32,000 bases of DNA, taken from contig NC_010296.1 of NCBI RefSeq assembly GCF_000010625.1, forward strand, positions 5,400,001 through 5,432,000, in the 5' to 3' direction. Each line of letters opens with the position of its first letter. Position 1 is the first letter of the stretch. The stretch is from Microcystis aeruginosa NIES-843. GTDB lineage: Bacteria; Cyanobacteriota; Cyanobacteriia; Cyanobacteriales; Microcystaceae. Positions 9,330 to 17,279 of the stretch are shown piece by piece. The notes beneath the pieces were generated by a model. The model worked only from the letters and a program-made list of their open reading frames with translations, made no database searches and was not told the origin of the DNA. The translations under genes were made by a program, and so were the position numbers.

Positions 9330-10448
9330 ATGAAAAGTGCTGACTGTTTAACGGTATCCCCCGGGGAACCGCTTACCGATTGGCAAAAACTGGGATTAGA
9401 TTTGGTGGCTCGTTGGCAGGGACGAGATGTTATCCTAGCGATCGATCTTACCGGTAGTGTTAACTTTAATGATGAAGGACGCACGCGCCTTGGTCAAATT
9501 ATTCGCGATAGTTTAAAAAATAACGATTCGGTTTATTTAGTACCCTTTGCTGATAATGTCCAACCGATTGAAGAACCGATTTTAATTCGCGGAAGGGAAG
9601 ATATAGACGCGGTTTTAAAAGCGATTCCCTGGCAATCTAGCCAAAGTGCTAAAAATACCGATATTCAGCGCGCAGAATGGCACGTTTATCCCCGACTGGC
9701 ACGCTTAAATCAGTGTCGTTTAACTGCCAATCAAGCTATCAAACCCCAGTCGGTAGTTTGGATTACCGATGCACCCCTTTCTACCGCTGCGGGGATTACT
9801 TCCCAACAGTGGATAGAAACCCCAAAAAATAGCCCTTTTCGTCTTGCTAATTCTCCCGAAAGTTTGGAGAGACAAAACTGGCTTAATTCCCTACCAATTA
9901 ATCTAAGAACCCAAGAAATTACCGCCACTAACGGCAATAAATATAAACTATCAGTGGTCGATATTGCTCCCACAGCACAAGAGTTTTGCACTCCCGCACC
10001 GGGAGGACAGGAAACCTGTTTGATTAATTCTTATCTCTTGAGTCAGTTATGGTTGCCAGCATTGGCAATTACATTAATGGGAATTGGGGGAATAGTAGCG
10101 AGTATTTTGGGAATTCGTCATTGGTTGCTGTTAAATACTGCTTGGACTATTAAAGTCTCATCTAATGATGATGAGAATGAAATACAAAGATATACCCTAA
10201 AAACATCCCAAAGAATTAACATCGGTGGGGAAGGAGTTAATACCATTGATTGTCCGGGAGAAGAAACCCGTTGTTATTTAGAAAGACGCGGCAATCAGTT
10301 ATATCTGAAACCCAGTAAACAAGCAGAGATTTTTTATCGAGGTAATCAACTAACTCAGGAGGTGAAGATAGATAAAAATTACCTGACTTTAACCTATCAC
10401 CATAACCATCAAGATTTCGACCTACAAATTCAGATTAGGAAAAAATAA
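9330..10448 (+). CDS. vWA-domain membrane protein with a C-terminal beta-rich (weakly FHA-like) domain
   Basis: 372-aa ORF. DVILAIDLTGSVNF (MIDAS-like DxTxS), SVYLVPFADNV and VVWITDAPLS fit the vWA strand pattern (aa ~33-215). One TM helix, LWLPALAITLMGIGGIVASILGI (aa ~240-262). The C-terminal ~100 aa read RINIGGEG..IDCPG...CYLERRGNQLYLKP...IFYRGNQL, which is FHA-like in spacing but lacks the canonical Arg/Ser/His. Confidence 0.6.
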   Translation: MKSADCLTVSPGEPLTDWQKLGLDLVARWQGRDVILAIDLTGSVNFNDEGRTRLGQIIRDSLKNNDSVYLVPFADNVQPIEEPILIRGREDIDAVLKAIPWQSSQSAKNTDIQRAEWHVYPRLARLNQCRLTANQAIKPQSVVWITDAPLSTAAGITSQQWIETPKNSPFRLANSPESLERQNWLNSLPINLRTQEITATNGNKYKLSVVDIAPTAQEFCTPAPGGQETCLINSYLLSQLWLPALAITLMGIGGIVASILGIRHWLLLNTAWTIKVSSNDDENEIQRYTLKTSQRINIGGEGVNTIDCPGEETRCYLERRGNQLYLKPSKQAEIFYRGNQLTQEVKIDKNYLTLTYHHNHQDFDLQIQIRKK

Positions 10449-10466
10449 CTTCAGGAGATTTAAACC

Positions 10467-13400
10467 ATGGCTAACACCAGTCAAACCCGCGCTATCAAAC
10501 GGACAATTATCATCGGATTAGGTGGTACTGGTCGAGATGTGTTGATGAGAATTCGTCGCTTTATTATTGATAAATACGGGAAGTTATCTAACCTACCCGT
10601 TGTCAGTTTTGTTCATATTGACACAGATAAAAATGCTTTCAATGGTTCGGGTTTACCCACAGGAAATAGCTATCACGGAGAAGAAATTATTCTATCAGCT
10701 GCCGAAAGAGTATTCATTAATATGAATGCTCAGGATGTTAACAATCTCACCTATGAACTTGAACACCAAACCCTTTTTGAAAGTCCCTTTTCCCATATTG
10801 AAAGCTGGTTAGACCCAAGGCTAAAAAAACAAATAACTTCCATTGAAAATGGTGCGGGGGGTATTCGTCCCGTCGGTCGTTTAGCTTTCTTCCATAACTA
10901 TCAAAAAATTCAAGAGGCAATTGAAGCAGCGGAAAGACGAACTTCTGGTCATGAATCCTTTATGTTTAGCGGTAAAGTTAATGGTCAAAGTTTTAATGTC
11001 CAAGAGGGTTTAAATGTCTTTGTTGTCGGTTCTTTGTGTGGGGGAACTGGTAGCGGTATTTTCCTCGATGTGGCCTACACTTTGCGTCATATTTTACAAC
11101 AAACCGCCGAATATACATCCTTTGGTTATTTGGTAATTAGTCCTAAACTTTATGGTGATGGTGCAATTATGAGAGCTAATACCTATGCAGCTTTGAAAGA
11201 GTTAGATCATTATACCAATGAAAGTAATTCCTTTCAAGTCTGTTATGATAAACAAAATTTCGTCAACATCGATGAAAAACGTTCTCCTTTTGATTTTGCC
11301 TACTTAGTTTCTAATCGCACTGCGGGAGATTACCGGATTAATAACAAAGGTAAATTATGTAATGTCATTGCTTACAAGATTTTCTTGGATTTTGCCGATG
11401 AGTTATCTCCTCGCATCAAAGGCAATCGGGATAACTATAAAAACTCGATGATTAGTCCAGATAATCATCCTTTTCAGATGTGTCAAGGTTATATGTCCTT
11501 TGGACTAGCGAGGATTTATTTTACTCGCGACCGAATTGTGCAGATTGGTCTCAATCGTTTTACGCTCAAGTTAATTAAATTTTGGTTAGAGGGATACGGT
11601 CAAAGTCCCAGTGGACAAGAGTTATTAAGTAAGTTCCTAGCTAATTGGAGTACCCAAAGTAATAAGGATTATTTTACTGCCAGATTGGAAGAAGCAACCC
11701 TAGAGAATAATAAAACTTTTTCTAAGACTTTAACCTCTTGGAAAAATTCCCTAGAGGAAGAAATATCTAATAGTCAAGATTTGGAGAATTTACCCCAAAC
11801 CGTCAAGCAATCCCTAGAAAAAGAGTTTCGCAAAGTACAGGGGGGAGAAACAGATAGCAGTCGCGGAATCTGGTTAACTCTGACCCAACAAACTCAACCT
11901 AAATTAATCGAAAAATTTAAGTCAGATATTGACCAATTTTTGGAGATTCTTCTTAATCCTGATAGCTTAGAATTTTCTTTGGAAAATAGCCTATCTTTTT
12001 TGGTCGCTTTACAAGTACAGATTAATACCTACAAGGGTAATCTAGAGGAATTATCTCAGGATAATAAAGGGTTTCATTCCTCGGAAAAAATTGATAACAT
12101 TTGGCGAAATGTTAAACAAACTCTCGAAGATATAAACGGGAAAAAGTCTGTCTTCAAGATGTTCAGTAAAAATGCCAATAGCGAGAAAATCAAAGCTGAG
12201 TTAAGAGACTACGTTCAAAGCGGACAAAAATTAATTCAGCATAACTTTAATTTCAGCATCAATGGGGAATCCAGAAAGATTGTTGAAGCGATTCTCAAGC
12301 ATATTTCTAGTCGAATGCTGCAGATACAACAACTGAAAGAAACCCTATATCAGCTAATCACAGAATACGATAAATACGAACAGGAGTTAATGCAGTTAAA
12401 TCTCGACGAGATGACTGGGGAAGCTATTTTCCCAGAGGAGAATATTGATAACTGTATCCCTGACAGTAACTCCCGAACTCAATACATTTCCGTTAGCCAA
12501 AAAGTCACCAATAATTTAGGCTATAATACTTCCCTATTCAGTTTATTTAGCCAATCTTTTGTTATTGATAATGAAACTCTCAAAGAGAACCTAACAGCAA
12601 CAATCGAGAAACAGTTTCAATCAGTAAGCACTAATAAAATTGATGCAGTAATTAAGCGATTTATGGGTCAATATAAACCCCATGATTTTCCTGAACGTTT
12701 GGCGCAAATTTTGCGAGAAGCTGATTTAATGTTACCGATAAATGTTAATGATGCTTACTATCGCTTGCATCCAGATAAAAAATTACTAATTGGGACTAAG
12801 GACGATAATTCACCCACCATGCAAAGATTTATGAAGACTATTGAATCTGATTTAAATATTAATCGGGGGACTTCTTTTGAATCAATTCAAACGGACGAAG
12901 AAATCCTAATTACCTACGAGTTTGGTGGGTTTCCCCTAAGAATCATTACTGATTTATCTGGGTTACAAAAAATCTATCAAGACCAAAAGAGAATCAGCAT
13001 TTTACATAATGATTACAGGATAGATTTTGCTGATATTATCCCACCACCTGCCAAATTAATTGAGGAATTAGAGTTTATTTTCTATCCCGCAATTGCTCTC
13101 GGTTTACTAGAATACGATGAGGAAGATGATACTTATCAATTAGTCATCGAAGGCGATTTATTTAACAATAAGTCCATCATTGACATTAGCGGTAATTGGC
13201 GACTTGCTTTAGAACAATTTGCTTCTCGTAAGGACATGATTAATGCTTTGCAGGTACTGCTTAATCAGGCAAAAAATGAGATTTTGGCTAATCCTCCTCT
13301 ATTATTTACTAACGAGGGTGATTATTTCCAGAAGGTCAGCTATTTTGTCAACAATGTCAAAAATTTACCCGACCATCACCCCAATTATCGCTACAAAGAT

Positions 13401-13616
13401 AAGGTAGTTGGACAAGATGGAAATCATATACAGGAGGCAAAAGAAGGAATTATCACCCGTTTTGTTAATCAACTGAAAATGGAACTAGAAAAACGTGCTG
13501 CTGAACAGAAAAAACTCGAAAAACAACAGCAAAAGCAACAAACTTTACTGGGAACAAATAATAACAGTAGTCAACCCAGTTTACCCGCAGAGATTAGCAC
13601 TGCTGATGAATTGTAA
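10467..13616 (+). CDS. Tubulin/FtsZ-superfamily GTPase-like protein with a ~750-aa non-tubulin extension
   Basis: 1049-aa ORF; AGGAG sits ~10 nt upstream. IIIGLGGTGRDV (T1-like), ENGAGGIRPVGRLAFF (T3-like) and VFVVGSLCGGTGSGIFLDVAY (aa 192-197 GGTGSG, matching the tubulin signature GGGTGSG). The remainder is helical or coiled, with a Gln-rich tract and a disordered tail ending in ADEL. Confidence 0.75.
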   Translation: MANTSQTRAIKRTIIIGLGGTGRDVLMRIRRFIIDKYGKLSNLPVVSFVHIDTDKNAFNGSGLPTGNSYHGEEIILSAAERVFINMNAQDVNNLTYELEHQTLFESPFSHIESWLDPRLKKQITSIENGAGGIRPVGRLAFFHNYQKIQEAIEAAERRTSGHESFMFSGKVNGQSFNVQEGLNVFVVGSLCGGTGSGIFLDVAYTLRHILQQTAEYTSFGYLVISPKLYGDGAIMRANTYAALKELDHYTNESNSFQVCYDKQNFVNIDEKRSPFDFAYLVSNRTAGDYRINNKGKLCNVIAYKIFLDFADELSPRIKGNRDNYKNSMISPDNHPFQMCQGYMSFGLARIYFTRDRIVQIGLNRFTLKLIKFWLEGYGQSPSGQELLSKFLANWSTQSNKDYFTARLEEATLENNKTFSKTLTSWKNSLEEEISNSQDLENLPQTVKQSLEKEFRKVQGGETDSSRGIWLTLTQQTQPKLIEKFKSDIDQFLEILLNPDSLEFSLENSLSFLVALQVQINTYKGNLEELSQDNKGFHSSEKIDNIWRNVKQTLEDINGKKSVFKMFSKNANSEKIKAELRDYVQSGQKLIQHNFNFSINGESRKIVEAILKHISSRMLQIQQLKETLYQLITEYDKYEQELMQLNLDEMTGEAIFPEENIDNCIPDSNSRTQYISVSQKVTNNLGYNTSLFSLFSQSFVIDNETLKENLTATIEKQFQSVSTNKIDAVIKRFMGQYKPHDFPERLAQILREADLMLPINVNDAYYRLHPDKKLLIGTKDDNSPTMQRFMKTIESDLNINRGTSFESIQTDEEILITYEFGGFPLRIITDLSGLQKIYQDQKRISILHNDYRIDFADIIPPPAKLIEELEFIFYPAIALGLLEYDEEDDTYQLVIEGDLFNNKSIIDISGNWRLALEQFASRKDMINALQVLLNQAKNEILANPPLLFTNEGDYFQKVSYFVNNVKNLPDHHPNYRYKDKVVGQDGNHIQEAKEGIITRFVNQLKMELEKRAAEQKKLEKQQQKQQTLLGTNNNSSQPSLPAEISTADEL

Positions 13617-13633
13617 AATTAATCAATCTTAAT

Positions 13634-13663
13634 AATGTTTCCCCAGCTATCTGAGGAAACATT
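13634..13663 (+). other. Intercistronic stem-loop (9-bp stem, 12-nt loop) between the tubulin-like and MotA-like genes
   Basis: aatgtttcc (13634..13642) pairs perfectly with ggaaacatt (13655..13663). No U-tract follows, so it is probably not a strong intrinsic terminator. It could be a processing or stability element. Confidence 0.3.
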
Positions 13664-13713
13664 CACCCCCAACTCTCTCTATCAACCACAATTCGAGGTA
13701 TCCAATAACTATC

Positions 13714-15375
13714 ATGGCATTATTTAACCTTTTTCCTCCCTATCTGATTGTTTTAACTCTAGTCTTGGTTATTTTTCCCACCGTCTTAGCTGTGGGAATC
13801 CGGATGACTCTCTATAAATATCTCCAAGATTCAACTGTAAAAGTCAAGGGTTTAATTCCGGGAACAAGTCTCAAGGGTTCACCTAAAATTATTTCTAATC
13901 TAGAGAATAGATTTAAGATAGCCAGTAGTCAACTAGATGATGTTAATACCGCAGCTTTGGTGGATGGTTTATACCATGAAGAAAAATTTACTTTCATGTC
14001 TAAATCCCTCAGCTGCGAGAAATGGGATTATTTTGTGAGAGTGTTACCCAATCTCCTCCTCGCTTTTGGTTTGTTGGGAACTTTCTTCGGAATTACTCTC
14101 AATCTGACGGGAATCAGCACACTTATCGATATCAATAATGTCGATATGCAAAGTTTGGGAGAAAAGCTCAAAACTCCCCTAGAAAGTATGGGGATTGCTT
14201 TTATCACTAGCTTAATTGGTTTAGCTTGTAGTTCTTTACTGACTGTGATTAACTTAATCTTTAACACCAACCTTGCTAAAGTAAATCTAATTAGTTCCCT
14301 AGAAGACTATTTAGATAACATCTTGCAGCCGACTGTAGAAGGGAATAGTCGCTTGGATAAAGCGGTTAATCGCATGGTGGATACACAGAAAGCATTTCTG
14401 ACTAACTTTCATAGCGAGGTGACGAGAGTATTAGAATCTTCTTTAGAGAAAGTTGCTAAAGAAATTGCTGATGGTAATCAGGAAACCGCTAAGTTAGTCA
14501 CCCAGGTTTGTGAAAGATTAACTGAAACTGCGGGAACCTTATCTACCGGTGCGACGACTTTTCAGCGTTCAGCTTTTGAACTTAACGAGCAAGTACCAAT
14601 TATCACGCAAGCAAACCGAGAGTTTACACAATCCTCTCAGGAACTAAAAAATAGTGTACTGCTTTTTAAACAAGCATCAGAGTTAATTGAAAAAAGTAAC
14701 TTCTCTGGTAATATCGAAAGGTTTACCGCTAGTTTAGCAGAAACCCAAGGAAGATTCTCTCAATCCACTGCAATACTAGAGCAGAATATCGGGGAGATTA
14801 TCAGCAGTAATAAAAGAGCTAACGATTTAGCAGAACAAGTGTATTTAAATATCCAAGAATCTTCTCAAAAATTACAAAATAGTGCGCTAGGTTTTCTGGA
14901 AGCTTCCGAAAAAATCGAAAGTAGTCAATTTGCCAATAAGTTAGTGCAAGCAACCGCAGATTTAATGACTGCTCATCAACAGTTTGCCGATTCTACTACA
15001 GATTTAAACCAATCAACTCAATCTCTAGCTTCTTTAACTCAAGACTTCCACCGTTCAATGACAACTATGGTTGAGTTAGGAATAAAAATTACTGACTTGA
15101 ATCAAAAATCTGAGACAATCCTAGAACAAAATCAGCAACGCTCAGTCACCGAACAAGAAAAGTTATCTAACATCCAGGGAGAATTAGTAAAATTAATCGA
15201 AACCGTGAAAACCTATCAAGACAGTTTTAACTCCGAGTCGAAACAATTAGGAAACCAACTTATCAATAGTCTCGAGGAAAAACTCCCCCAAACCTCCGAT
15301 AAAATCCTCACTGCTTCCCATGGCATTGAGCGCTCTAGTAATAATCTCGATCACCGAACAAGAAAAGTTATCTAA
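13714..15375 (+). CDS. MotA/TolQ/ExbB-family channel protein with a long helical tail (ZorA-like); N-terminal fragment of a gene interrupted by a frameshifting duplication
   Basis: 553-aa ORF. N-terminal TM helix (YLIVLTLVLVIFPTVLAVGI), then LLLAFGLLGTFFGITLNL and MGIAFITSLIGLACSSLLTVINLIF, matching the conserved GLLGT..G and A..T..GL helices of MotA/ExbB/TolQ. The rest is helical repeat sequence. The ORF ends at a TAA (15373..15375) 22 nt past the junction of a perfect 205-bp duplication. Confidence 0.75.
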   Translation: MALFNLFPPYLIVLTLVLVIFPTVLAVGIRMTLYKYLQDSTVKVKGLIPGTSLKGSPKIISNLENRFKIASSQLDDVNTAALVDGLYHEEKFTFMSKSLSCEKWDYFVRVLPNLLLAFGLLGTFFGITLNLTGISTLIDINNVDMQSLGEKLKTPLESMGIAFITSLIGLACSSLLTVINLIFNTNLAKVNLISSLEDYLDNILQPTVEGNSRLDKAVNRMVDTQKAFLTNFHSEVTRVLESSLEKVAKEIADGNQETAKLVTQVCERLTETAGTLSTGATTFQRSAFELNEQVPIITQANREFTQSSQELKNSVLLFKQASELIEKSNFSGNIERFTASLAETQGRFSQSTAILEQNIGEIISSNKRANDLAEQVYLNIQESSQKLQNSALGFLEASEKIESSQFANKLVQATADLMTAHQQFADSTTDLNQSTQSLASLTQDFHRSMTTMVELGIKITDLNQKSETILEQNQQRSVTEQEKLSNIQGELVKLIETVKTYQDSFNSESKQLGNQLINSLEEKLPQTSDKILTASHGIERSSNNLDHRTRKVI

Positions 15376-16679
15376 CATCCAGGGAGAATTAGTAAAATTA
15401 ATCGAAACCGTGAAAACCTATCAAGACAGTTTTAACTCCGAGTCGAAACAATTAGGAAACCAACTTATCAATAGTCTCGAGGAAAAACTCCCCCAAACCT
15501 CCGATAAAATCCTCACTGCTTCCCATGGCATTGAGCGCTCTAGTAATAATCTCGATGTGACTAATGCTAACTTGTCTCAGTTAATTGATACAGTGACAGA
15601 GCAACTTACTCAAGTCTCTGAGACAATCCTAGAACAAAATCAGCAACGCTTAGTCACCGAACAAGAAAAGTTATCTAACATCCAGGGAGAATTAGTAAAA
15701 TTAATCGAAACCGTGAAAACCTATCAAGACAGCTTTAACTCCGAGTCGAAACAATTAGGCAATCAACTTATCAATCGTCTTGAGCAAAGACTCTCCCAAA
15801 CCTCCGATAAAATTCTCACTGCTTCCCATGGGATTGAGCGCTCTAGTAATAATCCAGAGGTGACTAATGCTAACTTGTCTGAGTTAATTGATACAGTGAC
15901 AGAGCAAGTTACTCAAGTCAAGGAAGGCTTACAGTCTGAGTTAAACCAATCAACTCAATCTCTAGCTTCTTTAACTCAAGACTTCCAGCGTTCAATGACA
16001 ACTATGGTTGAGTTAGGAATAAAAATTACTGACTTGAATCAAAAATCTGAGACAATCCTAGAACAAAATCAGCAACGCTTAGTCACCGAACAAGAAAAGT
16101 TATCTAACATCCAGGGAGAATTAGTAAAATTAATCGAAACTGTGAAAACCTATCAAGACAGTTTTAACTCCGAGTCGAAACAATTAGGAAACCAACTTAT
16201 CAATCGTCTTGAGCAAAGACTCTCCCAAACCTCCGATACAATTCTCACTGCTTCCCATGGGATTGAGCGCTCTAGTAATAATCTCGATGTGACTAATGCT
16301 AACCTGTCTCAGTTAATTGATACAGTGACAGAGCAAGTTACTCAAGTCTCTGAGAAAATCCTAGAACAGAATCAGCAACGCTCAGTCACCGAACAAGAAA
16401 AGTTATCTAACATCCAAGGAGAATTAGTAAAATTAATCGAAACTGTGAAAACCTATCAAGACAGTTTTAACTCCGAGTCGAAACAATTAGGAAACCAACT
16501 TATCAATAGTCTCGAGCAAAGACTCTCCCAAACCTCCGATAAAATCCTCACTGCTTCCAATGCAGTTGAGCGCTCTAGTAATAATCTCGATGTGACTAAT
16601 GCTAACCTGTCTCAGTTAATTGATACAGTGACAGAGCAAGTTACTCAAGTCAAGGAAAGCTTACAGTCTGAGTTAAACC
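15004..16679 (+). repeat. Near-identical 732-nt (244-codon) super-repeat, two copies, each made of a 429-nt and a 303-nt subunit
   Basis: ttaaaccaatcaactcaatctctagc recurs at 15004 and 15941 (spacing 937 = 732+205), and ttaaacc recurs at 16673 (spacing 732). The caccgaacaagaaaag subunit starts at 15147, 15352, 15655, 16084 and 16387 (later spacings 429 and 303). Confidence 0.9.
15147..15556 (+). repeat. Perfect 205-bp tandem duplication (15147..15351 and 15352..15556)
   Basis: Both copies read caccgaacaagaaaagttatctaacatccaggg...gcgctctagtaataatctcgat with no mismatch that I could find. 205 is not a multiple of 3. Confidence 0.9.
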
Positions 16680-17257
16680 TTTTAAGCAATAACTTAGGGA
16701 TGGTAGTTGATGATAAATTAACTAAGAACTCAGAACAATTAAAAGCAGTTTCCCAATCTATTGAGAAAACAGCCAATCAATTTGGCAGCCTTAAATCAGA
16801 TTTTTCTCAAGTAATTAACGCGGTGAACACCAACACCAGTCAATTAACCGCTAACTTAGAATCTTTGCGAGATAAGTTAGAGAAAGTTATCGCTAAGGAA
16901 AATAAATCGAATCAGAAAATGATTGAACACATCTATGGAGAAATTCAAAAATGTTTAGCAGAACTGGAGAAAATTAACGATATGCGTTCTGACTTTTCTA
17001 ATTTAAATGATAAGATAGAAAAACTTTTTGAGACAATCCCTAATCCTGCTCAAAAAAATGTTCAGGATGACATTTATAAGTTAAATAAGAAGTTGGAAGA
17101 ACTTAAAAAACTTTTTGAGACAATCCCTAATCCTACTAAAAAAGATGTTCAGTCTGACTTTTCTAACTTAAAGGATAAGATAGAAAAACTTTGTGAGACA
17201 ATCCCTAATCCTACTCAAAAAGATGTTCTGGATGACATTAACACCCTATTTGAATAA
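15320..17257 (+). CDS. C-terminal tail fragment of the same MotA/ZorA-like gene (+1 frame relative to 13714..15375)
   Basis: 645-aa ORF. Its first 11 codons (MALSALVIISI) are an out-of-frame reading of duplication copy 1. From 15352 it reads the same repeat sequence as the upstream ORF (TEQEKLSNIQGELVKLIETVKTYQDSF...). Removing one 205-bp copy fuses 13714..17257 into a single 1112-codon ORF (3544-205 = 3339 nt = 1112 codons plus stop). Confidence 0.7.
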   Translation: MALSALVIISITEQEKLSNIQGELVKLIETVKTYQDSFNSESKQLGNQLINSLEEKLPQTSDKILTASHGIERSSNNLDVTNANLSQLIDTVTEQLTQVSETILEQNQQRLVTEQEKLSNIQGELVKLIETVKTYQDSFNSESKQLGNQLINRLEQRLSQTSDKILTASHGIERSSNNPEVTNANLSELIDTVTEQVTQVKEGLQSELNQSTQSLASLTQDFQRSMTTMVELGIKITDLNQKSETILEQNQQRLVTEQEKLSNIQGELVKLIETVKTYQDSFNSESKQLGNQLINRLEQRLSQTSDTILTASHGIERSSNNLDVTNANLSQLIDTVTEQVTQVSEKILEQNQQRSVTEQEKLSNIQGELVKLIETVKTYQDSFNSESKQLGNQLINSLEQRLSQTSDKILTASNAVERSSNNLDVTNANLSQLIDTVTEQVTQVKESLQSELNLLSNNLGMVVDDKLTKNSEQLKAVSQSIEKTANQFGSLKSDFSQVINAVNTNTSQLTANLESLRDKLEKVIAKENKSNQKMIEHIYGEIQKCLAELEKINDMRSDFSNLNDKIEKLFETIPNPAQKNVQDDIYKLNKKLEELKKLFETIPNPTKKDVQSDFSNLKDKIEKLCETIPNPTQKDVLDDINTLFE

Positions 17258-17279
17258 CTTCACCAACATATAAGTAACT

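Noticed and set aside
15320-15375. Programmed ribosomal frameshift joining the two tail ORFs
   Set aside because: A +1 shift would be needed. The overlap contains no +1-prone motif that I recognise, and the A-rich aagaaaag would favour -1, which leads to the wrong frame. The perfect 205-bp duplication explains the break more simply.
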